This document shows, piece by piece, positions 38,601 to 51,649 of a DNA stretch of 64,000 bases. Under the pieces are notes generated by a model. It was given only the letters and a program-made list of their open reading frames with translations, did no database searches and was not told where the DNA came from. The translations under genes were made by a program, and so were the position numbers. Within the stretch, counting starts at the first letter, position 1, and each line of letters starts with the position of its first letter. Source of the stretch: Raillietiella orientalis (lineage: Eukaryota); assembly GCA_036172245.1 (NCBI GenBank), contig JAYWIR010000035.1, positions 1,674,001 to 1,738,000 on the forward strand. Reading direction: 5' to 3'.

Positions 38601-38866
38601 CCAACGGCGCCAAAGGAGTCAGCGCCGGCATCGGAACGCGTGGATCTCCGGCCTCTCCGAAAGAGTCCGGTGGTCCGCGACTGCGGTGGACGGAACCTGC
38701 AGCCAGGCGGCGTGACTGCCGCCTCTGGTCTCCTCGATCGCGCGGTTCGGCAAACTACCCGGAGGTTCGGACGACTCCCTCTCCCTGCCTGGGAACCTCG
38801 GCCCCTACCACCTCCGGAGGCTCCCCCCCCCTTCCCCGATTTATGCGCTCCTGACGCCCGGCGACC

Positions 38867-39596
38867 CACGTTGGTGGTGGCCGGGTGGCACCAGGAGTTG
38901 AGGGTTCGAATCCCGCCCGGGGAAGGATCGACCCTGAGAACGGAGAATGTGTCATGGGTTTCGAGTCCTTTCCCCCCAGCGGGGTGCCACTGGTTGACCT
39001 ATAGTCTTCGGGTGCGGTACCAGTGGCAGCCGGATGCCCCCGTTGACTGGCCGAGATTGGAAGTCGACCACTGGGGTCTTTCCAGGAAATCAAGGAGGAA
39101 CTTCCTTCCGAAGTTATCCTCTGGTCGGGAGAATGGAGCCGTCCCCTATCCCTCGGGGGAGTCCCTCCATCTCGTGCAGTGTAGCTGGTTGATACCCCTC
39201 TGAGAGGCTGCCTCTCTAGAGTGTAAGAAGCGGGCTGCTCTCTTCGGGTCCTCTCCAGAGGGAGAACAAGGAGGAGCAGTTCCCTTGCGGGGTACCCTCC
39301 CGGAGAATGGATTCCGAGAGCGGATCCTTTCCGGCTTCCCTCCGGGGAAGAAATGAGGAGCGACACCATCCGAGGGGTCCCTTCGGAGGCAACGAGGACG
39401 AGGGTCCCCTTTGGGGTTTCCTCCCAAGCGTAAGAGGAACGGACTCCTTCCTCCAAAGCGTTCCTGGATCCATAGGGAGGTCCCTCCCGAGGTACACCCT
39501 AACTTGAAGAGTAACACTGACCCTTGGGGGGCGTACACAGTGTCAAAGATCTTCGCGACCTCCCTCCTCCCCCTCGAGAAGGCGAACGGTTGTTAG
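38867..39596 (+). repeat. tRNA-headed multi-hairpin repeat, copy 3
   Basis: TGGCCGGGTGG (A-box-like) and GGTTCGAATCC at 38903-38913; collinear with copies 1 and 2. Confidence 0.85.
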
Positions 39597-39599
39597 CAG

Positions 39600-39950
39600 C
39601 CTCAGTGACAGCCGAGGACGTAACGGAAGTCGACGGAAGTGCAAGAAAAGCGAAGCGACCGCAGCAAAGAATTCCGACGTGACCTCGTAGGGATTTGGTC
39701 CGGGATTCGAAAGGCGATGCGGTCGTTGCCGGGAAAGCAGCCGATAAGCCGTCTCAGGACCGACGCACCAATCCACGGACAGGAGGAACGCGCTTTCTTC
39801 TTTCGCTCTGCTCTGGGGGGTTTCGTGTGCCTGGGTGGGTCCTCCTCCGTAGGGAAAGAAGCGGCACTGATTGACCACTGTGGCAATTTTCTCCCGATGG
39901 GCTATTGCGGGTGGACCTGCTCCTCCTCGCTTTCTCCGCAGTCTCCCCCC
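39600..39950 (-). mobile_element. Eroded LINE ORF2 C-terminus, abutting repeat copy 3
   Basis: IAFRIPD...YEVTSEF resembles the IAxRWxH...EEVxxE ending of other copies. Confidence 0.4.
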
Positions 39951-41869
39951 CTCCCCCTCGCGGTCCCTTTCCGAATGGGAACGCAGGAAGCGAAGACCCC
40001 GAGCGAAGACCGCGTCCAGCTGACCCACGCTTCAGTAATTGCGGCGTTTCCGTGCGACCCGTCTCCATGCAAATCCTCAAAATAGATTTTAATTGCCACA
40101 TATTGACGCCGGCTCCACATCCTCCGGTTCGGTTCGAGCAAACAAGCGGCGCCGGTTCCCGGGGTCCCGCCGCCGACCAAGGAGGGAGAGGAGGAGAAAG
40201 TCTTGGGCGATTTTCGCGCATGGGCCGGCGCGAGGAGGGAAGCCGGCAATTTCGCCGCCTCCGGGGCCTGCGGCGACTTTCGGTTTTGCAGCTCGCAGCC
40301 GCCGCTCCGTCGTCGCTCACGGATGCATCCTCCTCCTCCTCCGCAGCGCCACGTCAGCCCCTCGGCAAGGGAGCGGGGAAGAGGGAGCGAGCGAAACCTC
40401 TTCGACGGCGCTTGGCGGAGTTCCCCCGCGCGGGCGGGGTCGAATTCCCGCGAGAGTGCACGTGCGCCCTTCCCACTCCCAATCCTGACCATCGATCATC
40501 CGCTGTCGGAAGCGGCGCTGATGGGTCCGGATAAACAAAAGGCGTCTCGCAACGCCCCTGCGGGCCTCTCTCGCCGGTTCGCGGGTGCACCCGCGAGGGT
40601 TCGCGTTCTTGCACGCGCGCGCGACCTTGGGAAACTGAAGTCGCTCCTGGAGCTGCTCGGGCTTGCTCTGCTTCCTGTCCCTACGCGGTTCCTCCATGCC
40701 CCCGCAGGATCAGCTCGGGGTGACTGCGCGAGGGGCTTCTCTTCCACGCTTTCGTTCTCAGAGAAGAGGAACACCTCGGTGTCGGAAGGGGATTTTTCTT
40801 CGCCCCTCCCCCCCCAACTCATCGCCTCCCTCGCTCCTAGCAGGCTGCCTCCCTGTTTCGCGAGCGTGGTGCCATTTCGTGAGGTCGAACCGCGGTATTT
40901 CCCCTCACTTACGCGCCATTCTCAGCCGGCTAGAGGTAGACCTGCTTTCCGAAGTCACCTCCGCGTAGCTTCGCTGCCGCCGCTGCTGGCGGTCCATCTT
41001 CCCATGGTTGTTGAGCCAAAGTCTCTGCAGACACCGTCCTTCCTCTTCCCTCCTCCTCCCCCCTCATCTCCGGAAAAGGGACCAGCCGGTGCCGAAGAAC
41101 GCTCTTCCCTGGCGCTGCCGTTGAAGTCCTCCGCGTCCCGGAGGGGATCCGAGACCCTGTTGATGCGCCACGGGGCTAGGCGGCGTTCCTTCAACCAGCA
41201 GCCCCACGGGGGCCCTCGGTCCGAGGTAGGGTGGCAACAGGGCGAGTGCCGGACGCCCGTCGCGCGTTCCTCAGGCGCCCGAGAGCTCCAGCAGTTTCCT
41301 GTGGCCGGAGGACGCACGGAGAGGCGCCTCCAGCGCCTCGAGGGAGGCGCGGCCGTCGGACGAGGCGGAGGCCGGCAGTGTTGCGCTCGCGGGGGAGGGG
41401 GGGGGGGAATAAAAAAGGAGCTGCGTGCTCGATCGATGGCCCGGTCCTCCTCTCCTGTCGCCATCGATCCATCCTTGCGGTCCGGGAAGGTTGGCTTGCT
41501 CCTGGTTGCGCGCGCTCTTGGCGACATCAGAGGTTGAGACGGCGGGCCCACGCGCGGGCGAAAGACGCTCTCGCGCGTGGCGGAAGGGCAGAGGCAGCCG
41601 GGACTCTCTCGAGTGGCCGTTCGCTCGCAGGGTCAGCCAGCTCGACGTGGACGAGCGCTCTCCCCAGGTGGCGAGGGAGGTACTCTCCCCAGCCGAGGGA
41701 CCGCGCCACCGCTTCCGGCCCGGCCCCTCCCGCTGGTCACGCCTATCACGCACGGCTCGACGACCTCCCCGGGGCGGATAGAGGGGGGAGGCAGGAGCGA
41801 CTCCCTCCCCTGCCTCGGTTCCTGCCACCCTTCAGAGGGTCCCGTCCATTGATTTACTCGCACCCCCCA

Positions 41870-44420
41870 GCGGAGCGGGAGGGGACGTCATGCGCGCGCA
41901 TATTCCGCCCCCTGTTGACGGGAAGTCGAGAATGCGCCCTGCGCAGGTAGGGAGAGGGAAATCGGACGGATGGAAGGAGGGGGTGGTTAGGCTGTCCCCG
42001 CCGGCCCCACGTTGACCCTTTGGAGTGGACAGGAGGAGCCGAGAGGGGTGCGCCGTGGAAGGGAAGGATCACAGTGGGTGGGCCTTCGCGGGGAGACCGG
42101 CGGAGGGAGGGAAGTGGAAGGAATCAATCCCCAGACGCGTCAATTGCCGGAGGCTTCAGGGATGCATGGCGCTGCCTCCGAGGCAGGTTGAGACGAGTCG
42201 GGAGGGAAGCTCGCCAATGGCTGCCGCGAAGATACCCCTGGAAGAACACACGGAATGGCACAGAGGGGAGCAGGAAGGGTGTCCATCTTTCCCGAGGACT
42301 CTCTAAGTGAGTTTGGGATCTCATCCCACCCCCCACTCTCCTCGCCTTCCTTCGTGTCGAGACGAGCGGCCTGCTATCCCGACCGCTCAGAGGAAACCTG
42401 CAGCCAGAAGTTGCGCTGGACCAGGAGGCGCGTCCGCAGGGCAGGGCGAGTGCGATCCCCCAGCGGAGGGACAGCCGGACGCATCGCAGGCTCCCGCCGA
42501 ACACAAAGCGGGAAAATCCAAGCGCCGCCGCTCCACGTCTGATCTGTCGGAGCACCGCCCTGTGACGTCACCAGGGCTTCGAGAGGCTGTTGCGGCCTCG
42601 GAGAGGCTGGCGCGTGCGAGAGAGAGACCGTTTCTCCCTCCCCACTTTCACGCAGCAGTCCCCGCCAAATCGAATTAAGCGCGGAGCGCCACCTGAGGAG
42701 GACTGCGGAAACCACGCAGCCGCAGACTCCCGGCGCACCCGAACCGTGCCGTGGGACGACAGCGGGCCGCAGGGAGTCGCCTAGACTTCGGCCTCGGTCC
42801 GGGAGCCAGCAGAGGGACGGTCACAGTAGCTGTAGGGGCGACGTTGGGTTTTTCCGAAAGGCGCCGGACCGGCCGGTGACCTTCCTTCGACCACGCTGCA
42901 GCCTCTGGACCTTCCTGTTGATTCGCGGCCGGCTGATCGAGTGTCCCCACTCGGCGTCGCGGGAGAGGCTCCGCAGTAGGGCTCGGGTCCAGGGACGTCA
43001 TGAGACTCATCTCCGAGGAGCCTGCTCGTTCCCGAAGGCTTTCCCCTCGCGGGAGCAGGAAGCGCAGTAAGATGAGCTCGCCGCTCTTCGGGAGTCCGTT
43101 CCAGAGGGCGACTTCCAGCTGGCGAGGAGCTGCCAGGGAGGGAGTCCGCCGCGCCCCGCGTCGAGTCTCAGAGCGACCTCCGTTCTTCCGCGATGTTCGC
43201 GTGCATCGCGAACGTCCAGGAAGGCGCGTGCGCCTCTGGCTGTGCTCTGCCCCTCCCTTCCACCCTTCCCCAGCATCCAAGGTTGCGCCACCATGGTGCT
43301 CGTCGGTAGGCGAACTTGCTCAGTGAAGTCGCTTCCCTCCCCCCTCCTTCTCCTGCGGCTGCTACAGTTCTTTCGGGTCTTCGCCGCCCTTCCTTGGCAG
43401 TCCACCTTGGCACTCGTCGGGCGAACCAAGTCTCGGAGTCGCGCGTGCTCGCAACCGGACGACGACGTTTCTTCTCACGCACGTGCGCGCGCACGCGCGG
43501 AGCGGTAGCCTCCCATGATAGATCGAGCGGGTAGAGGAGGGCAGCGGCGTCTTGGTGCCGAGGACAACTCCTTGAACCCCCTGTCGTTTGGTTCGGCGTG
43601 TGCGTGCAGGACGGAGGGACCTCAGCAGCGGCGGCGGCGGCAGCAGCAGCAGCAGCGAGGGCCGAGCCATTTCGCAAGAGCTCCCTCCTCCTCCTCCTCC
43701 CCTTGTGCCGCGGAACTGGGCGCTCGGCCTGTTCCGCTCGTTCTGGTCCCGCTGGGAGCCCGTGGATATCCTTCTCGGTCGCGATCCTCGCCGAAGACCT
43801 GGTCGGCGCGCTTCTTAACTTCTCGTGGATCCTGTCCGCCCCGTTCTCCCCCGGGATCGAGGCACTGTTAGCGCTCTTAGAACCACACGGACCCTACAGG
43901 TCACCACGGCGGTGCCTATGGTGAGGGACAGGCTTCTGGCACTCCTGTGGCCGTGCCACTACCGGTGCAACGTACGCGGGAACCGGCTGCGCTACTACCA
44001 CGTTGCCGCCGTCGTATCCGTCGTCTCCCTTCCCCGTCTGCGTGACAACCGTCCTCGCACATCTCGCAACGGCAGTGTTCCTTCCTGCCCCATGAGATGG
44101 ACCCCCAACTTCGCGAGGTTCCTCGTCGGCTTGCAGTGCGTCCTCCCCGTCTTCCTCTCCTCGCCGGCGCCGCCTATGTGTCCCTGCGCGTATCCGAGGC
44201 CCCTTTCCTTCCGCCCCCTCGTCGCTCGGGACTGCAACTTCCGGCTCGGCTTCTTCCCATTGCACCTTCCCGTTCCTTTCCAGGATCCCAGGGGTTACCC
44301 CACCCACCTCTTCGTTGAAACGCAATCTTCTCGTTCAGTAGTCTTCGGCTCCTCCTCTTCCTCCTCTCTCCTTCCTGTACGGTTCCTTCGATCCCACCTC
44401 TTCTTCGTCTGACCTACATG
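41870..44420 (-). mobile_element. DIRS/Ngaro-type retroelement remnant
   Basis: GVVLGTKT (RT end, LDT), APWWRNLGCWG (RNase H start), FVFGGSLRCVRL (YR box I), VPFRVFFQGYL and RLGIDSFHF in the expected order; the 3' flank shares motifs with 8476 and 32046. Confidence 0.55.
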
Positions 44421-44950
44421 CCGATCCACCTTTCCAGTTTCCAGAAGTTTCCAAAGAATCCTGACATCAGACGACGTCAGACACGAACCCTCGCTCCTAC
44501 CCTACCCAAGCGAAGGCGCGCAGCAACGCACCCAGCAGCTCCGAGCGCGAAGATGCCCGACCGTCCTTCCGTTCAGTGATTTCATACGGTAGGATGCTGC
44601 GCCCCCCTCCGCTCGATTCGATTGCACGCGAGGCCGTTCGTCGCAAGCTTCAGGGTTGCCGCTTTCCTAGAATTTCGCGAAATTTCGCAACTGGGGTCGC
44701 TCGGCGCGCGCGCTCGTCGGAGCTGCTGCTGCGCTTCTGCCGGAGACGCCTTTGTTTTCTTTCGTGGAATGGGCGAAGCTGGTCCGTTCCCCGAGGAGCA
44801 TTGCTTAATTCCATTTGCGAAGATCTCTGAAAAATGACCCGAAAACCATCGGAGTCGAAAATCCGTCGTCGGCGCTTTCTTCATCACGGCAGGAACGAAG
44901 AATCCTCGTTGCCGAAGGTGAATCAGATACTTTCATTAGCATGCCGCAGG

Positions 44951-46000
44951 TTTTGCCCCCATTGGCCTAAGCACAATTCTGATTACGCAGAGGCTGCAAT
45001 CTTCTGCCGCCGTCACCGTTCTCCGCGTCACGAAATGTTGCCTGGTAATGTGTTGTTTTGATACAAACCTTCTGATTATTTTTAGATTGGTTAGGCCCAA
45101 GAAAAAAAGTGTTCGTCTCGCAACAATCGCATCATTGTTGGCGACAGCCAATCAGTGGCGGTGGTTTAAATGAAATCCCGCTTTCATCAGTAGGGGTGCC
45201 AAACTGCTCCTAATGCAGGTGGATCTGATTTGTGAGGACCATTTCTGGTTTTCCGGGACGATTCACACAACCATTGCATTCCCTTTCTCTCTTTGCCACT
45301 CTCTCTTCTTGCAAACAGCGATTAGCCCGTTTGCTTCGAGCAGGGTCAACTCGAACACTAAAAGGATTTTGCGTGGAGTGCCGAACAACCGCGTGAGGCG
45401 AGCCATTCTGGGGCAGTTGAAGAGGGAGAACTCTGGGGAACTCTCTAGCAAGAGGATAAGAGAGACAACATTCGGGAACGGCTTTCGCAGAGTCGCAATC
45501 AGGGCAAAGCAAGGATTCCTCGCTCAATGCCGTCTTTCCTTCCAAGTGCACAAGGCGAAAAGTGTACGCAGCCAGACGCTGGAGGCAACGAGATGCGTAT
45601 CGGCCCCATACACCTCGAAGGGTATTTCCATATGTATGTGTATATTGAATGGTCGATCGACGAAAAGGAGAGCTCATTGGGAAATGGAAACCAAAGCAGC
45701 TTGCCTCGCGATTTATTGTGAGTTCGAACAACCAAATTCCCTTTGGAGGTCCGTAAAATTTGCATACGACTTCGGCCGCAAAGCAAATCAAAGTCTCGCA
45801 GAATTAAAGTTCCAGCCAAACGAATTGCGAGAGAGAATCGAACATTTGTATGCAGATTAGGTGCCTCGAAGCAGATACGGGTGAATGCAGAAACCTTTGT
45901 GGATTAATGGCTTTACACATTCGCCTGGATGGCTGACCTGGTATAAGAAGGCAACACACCTCTGCGAGTAACGATGAAGTCAAGTCTCATGGATGCCTGA
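44951..46000 (+). pseudogene. Possible spliced gene remnant, product unknown
   Basis: Lower-GC segment with cag/gt-bounded blocks (~44951-45043, ~45219, ~45343-45620, ~45856); no convincing family assignment. Confidence 0.2.
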
Positions 46001-47879
46001 AAAGAAAAAGAAAGAAAGAAAGAAACGAGATATGTGTGATGCAAGATATCTCTCACTGGCTGCAAACGCTGTTGCATGGCCAACGTTTTGTGATCCACAT
46101 AATTGGATAAGAGCTTTCTGAGCCGATAAAATGCAAACAGAACTCTCACACACGTGGGATTGTCAATGTTTACCCTCCCGTTGAGACGGTCGCTAATTGA
46201 TTTTTTTTTTCTCTCCCCCCTCTCCCGAGATTCTCAGGGTGTCTCATCGATTCATCCAATCGATTCTCGTTCCAGCAACAGAGTGACCACATTTTTTTCC
46301 CATTCTCTCGGAGGAGTGGACAACCGAACGATCCTCGTTTACCGAAGTAGCGGAATGTTGCGGTCTTGCAGCCTCTCTCGCTCCTGAGGAAAACTCCCAT
46401 CGTGTTCGTTCTTGGGCGAACGAAGATTTTTCATACCGGACGATGTGTCCGCTGGACTTGAGGAATCGTATTTTTCGTCCAAGCAGCCTCTGAGCAGGAT
46501 AATTAATTGGTCTGTTCTGCTTGTCCGGAAAATTCCTCTCAACGCTTTGTTTAGAACGCGGAAAAGATTTACATGGAAATAGTTTGATGCGTTTTCGACA
46601 GTTAGAAAGTTCCCCATTACATAAGCACTGCATTAGTATCAGCAGAATTGTCATCTGTCCCCATTTCATCTGCTTGCTCCGTTTTCACGGGGCTTCCTTC
46701 GACTCATTTCCAAAGCGTTCCTCATTGCCAAAGAGAGCGCACCTCTCATTGGTTTCCCTCTTACGCCGAAGAGACGCTCTTGCCTGGCGGCTCCGAACGC
46801 CTCGGCTGGATTCTTTAAGCAAAAAAGGGAATAAGGAAATGAGGAAGAGCTATGAGATCCCGAAAGTTTCGAACTTGTCCACTCTCTCCCGAAGAGCAGT
46901 GTGGATGGACGTGGCTGTAGTCACCGGAGGGACTCTTTGATTGACAGGCAGCAGCAGGCAAGTCGTCGCCAGACGGCAAGCGAATAAAAGGTGAATTCGG
47001 CGAAACCCTTTGGCTGAAGCTTCCGGATCTGCGCTCCAGTGAGGCCGGTCTCTCGGAGGCCGGGAAACCCAAACCAAAGATGTTGGCACCTAAGGCTCGG
47101 CCATTCTGATTTGCCTCCTTTTTGGTATTTCATTCAAGAGAGATGGCGTTCGTCGTAAATCAGTTTGTTTATTCCTTTTGTCTGTTTCGCCTTGCGTTTC
47201 GTCTTCGTGTATTTTTCTCCCTTAATGAAACGGAATGCTTTATTTATGGTGGTGGCATTGCGTTCTGGAGTTAGCGAAAGTTTCTTTCTTTTTTTTCTTT
47301 TTTCCTTTGTCTGAGGCTTATTATAATAAATGGCAGAGGAATGTTAAGGGCAATAAATTAATTTTGAAGCGGACACCATTCCAAGAAAATTTCTTTCTTT
47401 CTTTTTTCCTTCCGTTCCAGCGATTTCGGTTCGGATCTCGTTCATACGCGTTTTTCGCGGGGATCTCCACGAAAGTGTCTGCCGGAGTATCCCAACGGCA
47501 TCTCAGAAGGTGGAGCTTTCGCTCGCCGCCTGGGAAGTGCAGGAAACACACTCACTCCCTCCCTCCCACTCGTACCTCTCCCGGAACCTCGAAGCGCCTC
47601 CCCTGGAACTCTGGCCGCCGAAGACACGAAAGTGTCTTCGGCGCCCAGAGTCCACCACTTCGAAGGGCTTCGACTCCTCATGGATTCGCAACCGTTAGAT
47701 GAAGCGGATGTTTTCAGCATCTCTGGACGATTTTTTTCCTCGAGGTTCGTCGAATGCACATTTTAACGGAAGTGCGGGGGTGGAACTCGCGGTCTGAAGG
47801 CTAAGAAAGCTGGACGAAAGCACAAGGCGCAGCTGTTGATTTCAAAAGCGAAAATGCAGCAGCAGTAGCAGCAGCACCC

Positions 47880-48340
47880 CCTCTTCCTTCAGCCGGGACT
47901 CCCTTGAGCCCTTGAGGGATGAAACGCGTGCTTCGACCTGCAATACAACGGGAAGGAAACGCTGCATTTTGAAATCCGCTGCCAATTCAACGGGCACGTG
48001 TGCCCTTTTGCCATGTGATGGGTTTCCACCATCGTGTGATTCTCTGGTCTCACCCCCCTCACACTGCTGGACGTGAGACTTCCTTCTACGGGTGCTCTCA
48101 GGCAGAAGCTCTCCTCGCCAAAAGCAGGTGCCTTCTGAAGTCGCCAACACGAGGTCCCCTCGATGGGGATGGACGTTCTCACCAGCCACCTGGACAAAGA
48201 AAGCACAGACCTGCACACCCATTTGGGGAAGAGACGGACGAAACTTTGGACGAACGATTCTTCAGCGAGATCAGTGCAAAAGAGCCAAGGGAACGGCGAC
48301 ATCAGAGAGTCCGGGGTCGAGGAGGACGAGGTGCCCTCGC
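47880..48340 (+). mobile_element. LINE ORF1-like zinc-knuckle fragment
   Basis: QFNGHVCPF(C)HVMGFHH across one frameshift at ~48000. Confidence 0.4.
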
Positions 48341-48349
48341 CGTTTCAGG

Positions 48350-48950
48350 TAGGATAAGCTGTGGTCTGATCGCACCTTCTCGTCTCTTCGAAGATGACAG
48401 CAAATGTGCGTTCGGGAGGGCTCCTTGCTACGGCGGATCCACAGATAGTTATGGGAGCCTTCGGAATAGTCAGAGCCGCCTAGATGGTCCTTTCACAACT
48501 TGCGAGGAGCCCTCCTGAGCACATGTTTGCTGCCATCTTGAAAATGACCCTTTCGTCCAGAGAGAACGAAAGGAAAATGTTCCCTGCACGGACCCTCAAC
48601 GGATTTCTGCTTCTTTCTTTTTGTTGTTGTTTCTTTTTTCCAATGAGCTCTCTTGAGCATTCTTGCTGAGGAGTGGCGAAGATTCAAACGAACAAAGATT
48701 AGGAGGAGACAGGTCTTCAACGAAGGTTTGAATGAAACTGCGACGCGCGTTCTCGAAACCTCCAAGAGATGTGTTCCCCTCTCCACCTTTGAAGGATCTG
48801 CACGACAGCGCTGGACCTTCCGGACCGGAGCACCTGTTTTTTCTCGCTTCCTCCGTTTCCCTGTTGGGCTGTCTGTCTTCCTGGCTCTGCGCCTTCCGTC
48901 TGCCCACTTCCGGGGATGCCTCTCGACTGCATGCGAATCAGACGGCGCTG
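48350..48950 (-). mobile_element. LINE APE remnant
   Basis: SRTRVAVSFKPSL (cf. SRGVAILF) and SDHSL at ~48360. Confidence 0.55.
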
Positions 48951-50149
48951 TACAGCTCGTTGGAATTCGCGCATCCGTCCACCTCCCGGCCATCGTCGTC
49001 GCGAAAGACTTGCTCCCGCATGCGTCCTGAACGCAGATGCTGAATCCTCATCCAACTCTTTCACGGATGACGACACATTACCATTCATTTATTAGCGATT
49101 CTTCGAACGGAAAAATTTGGCGCCCACCTGCGAAACCCTTGGTGGGCCATCGCCGGGGATCTTCGTCGCGTGTCTGCGAAGAGTTTCCTAAACGAAAACA
49201 AAGAGGAAACGCCACCGGAGATCGAGGCAGGGGAGGAGAAGGCGGAAAAAGATTTTCAAGGACGTTTAACAATCGAAAGAGATCGAGAGAAACGCATTTC
49301 TTGAAGGATCTTCCGTTTTGGGAGCCACGAGGATGCGTTTTCTGGGCAGCTTTGTGTCACCAGGCAGATCTTCCCTTCCGTCACCCCTTTCCCTGGACGC
49401 ATTTCCCGACCGGGTCCACAGCGAGACGACCGCAAGATCCTTTTTGGGTTGCTTCATGCAGACAAGACCTGCGTGCAGCTGAATCTCTGGTTCTGCCCTT
49501 TTCCCTGCTTCGCCTTGGTTTCCTTCACAGTCGGTTCCTGAGGCGCTCCCGATAGAAGAAGGTTTTTTTTTTTTTCATCTCCATTTTTTTCTTCCTTTTT
49601 GTTTTTGTCCTTTGCTTACGAAACGCGATTCTGCATCTCTTGGGCTGTCTCTCTCTGGTGCCTGGTTTTCGGTCTCTCGCCCAAGGCGCTTGGTTTCTCA
49701 TCAAAAGAACGCCTGTCCCTTTAGAAAGCTTTCTTCTGGAGAATCATTCTCCACGGCTTTCATCTCTGGGAGAGGAGCACGTCTTTCATGTCTCCAATCC
49801 ATCTGAACACGCAGGAAGATCGATGAATCAATGCATGAATAAGGACAGGCAGCCAAAAGTCTCGAGACCTCCTCCAAGGAGCGCGAATTCTTTTCCCATT
49901 CCTCCACATCACCATCCGGATTGCCTCACACTTTTGCCCGCTTGAGAGACCTTGAGAGAGACGCTTGCTCGTCTTCCTCTCGCCGCCTCTTCCCTCCGAA
50001 AGAAGAAGAGCACCTCTGTCCCGGGCGAAGAGCTGAAGGCGACATTCAGTGGAGGAAGAGAGGGGGGGGGGGGGGCTGGACAACTCCAGCGTCTTTCGGT
50101 TTTGAAATCCACTTTATGACAACGTTCCTGTCTGGAGGACGGAACGGCT

Positions 50150-50560
50150 GCCGCTGGGCAGCAGCGTACGTTCCTCGTCCGTCTGGAGCTCGTCACGTTG
50201 CTTGCCGGTTTATCCGCTCCGAGGACTTGTCTGCGCAGCTCACACGGTTAGACCAAGGTCGTTCTGGGAGAGGAGCTCTGTGGCAGACACGGTAGGTGTC
50301 TCATCCCCTCTTGAGAATTGCCCATGATGATGTGCTGACTACTGAAATAATGAGCCTGAGGCACTGGGGAAAGGGGGTGGGGAACATCTTCCCAGCATCC
50401 ATCGTCCTTACATCCGAAAAGATGGATACGGAACGAGCAGGGATCGACTGAGTGCGACAAACATCGAGGGTCCATTCGCTCCGGAAGTTCATCATCCATC
50501 GCGCTGCTTGGCAACGGAGAACCCTCAAGCCTGCGGACACCGCCTCGAGTCAGATCTGCC
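50150..50560 (-). mobile_element. LINE RT fragment
   Basis: ADLTRG, HPLSPV and CADK in RT motif order. Confidence 0.45.
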
Positions 50561-50759
50561 ATTCTTCAACTCCAGTGTTTTTTTTGTTTTTAACAACTTC
50601 CAGATGATGAATGATTGACTCTTCATCATTCGTGATCATTCCGCTTCATTAGACAAGTGATGCTCGCCCAAGACAGGTTTTGAACGAGGCTTTTCCCTTT
50701 GACACCTGTGCACTGTGGTCAGCAACAATGCTAATATCATGCAGTGACATGGGGATGGG

Positions 50760-51400
50760 ATGATAATGATGCGAACCATGGGGAGGCAGTCTCCCGGAAG
50801 AATTAAAATGAAATGGACGTTGAGAAGATCTGAGACGAGGAAGGAAAGAGGGATCGCGTTCAAGAACTCAACAGCCGGCGCGCACGGTAGAGGGAGGGAG
50901 GTTCGACTAGCGCCCACGTGCGAGATCCCGTGCGAGGCAGACGCCCCTCCTTGCAAGGCACAGAGAAGACCACCGCGCCAGGCGTCGACGTCGGGACGCT
51001 CTCTTCACGGAGAAGGCCGTCGGGTTGGCGGCAGATTCAATGCGAACCCGCCGCCCGCGCAAGAACGGGTGCTGCACTCCAGGGTGCTCCCGCGAGCTGA
51101 GCCACGGTTACGAAGAGACCCGACGAGCCAATCCATGGAGACCGCCCCGAAGCGTGGCAGCAGCAACTGGAGGTCGCCAACCAGGACGCTTACCGTCCAG
51201 CTCGGTCCGGAGCCGCTCTCCGGGGAGAGGGGGAACGCGGGCGTGCCGACGACGACGACGTCTGGACGACAACAGGACAGAAGAGGGCGGGAGATCGCCT
51301 CTCTGGACGGACGGCCTCCAGGGAAGCGCCTGCCGCCATCTTGAGGTTTGAGAGGCGACGGAGTGAAAAGAGGACCGAAGGAGCAGAGAGAGGGAGGGGG
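50760..51400 (+). mobile_element. LINE RT N-terminal fragment
   Basis: KTTAPGVDV (KAPGxDG), APKRGSSNWRS (PK..NWRPIS) and ILRFERR (LDFEKA). Confidence 0.55.
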
Positions 51401-51649
51401 GTGAGGTCGCAAAAGAAGAGAGGATGCTCTCGAACGTGCAGCGTTTCCGGGATGCGTGCCGGGAAAGGTCGGCTCCGGTCCGCAATACGAAGAAACTCTG
51501 GAGTTTCTCCGTAGGAGCTGAAGAGAGAGAAGAGGCAGGAGGAGGAGGACGGCATGGGGGAAAACTCCTCCTCCTCCCTTGATCTGCTCACGTCCCCCTT
51601 TTCCCACATCACTGCATGCAAAAAATTTTAAGACAACAATTCGGTGACA

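Noticed and set aside
38265..39456. Protein-coding interpretation of the hairpin repeat (long ORFs on both strands)
   Set aside because: Reading frames are not preserved between copies, which differ by many non-triplet indels; shared peptides simply reflect nucleotide similarity.
40203..41537. 444-aa ORF, and similarly the 423-aa (28692) and 323-aa (7370) ORFs
   Set aside because: Arg/Pro/Gly/Ser-rich open frames expected in very GC-rich DNA, with overlapping ORFs in several frames and no coherent domain.
43623..43657. Poly-Ala/Gln coding tract from CAG/CGG repeats; also ~20203-20225
   Set aside because: Simple microsatellite expansions inside decayed elements.
45213..46130. Argonaute-like resemblance (plus strand: NRVRRAILGQL; minus strand: GTLI-RDFDLLC...YTY...RC...PPA)
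   Set aside because: The two resemblances overlap on opposite strands, need several gaps, and YTY comes from a TA/CA-rich tract. Probably chance; a blastx would settle it.
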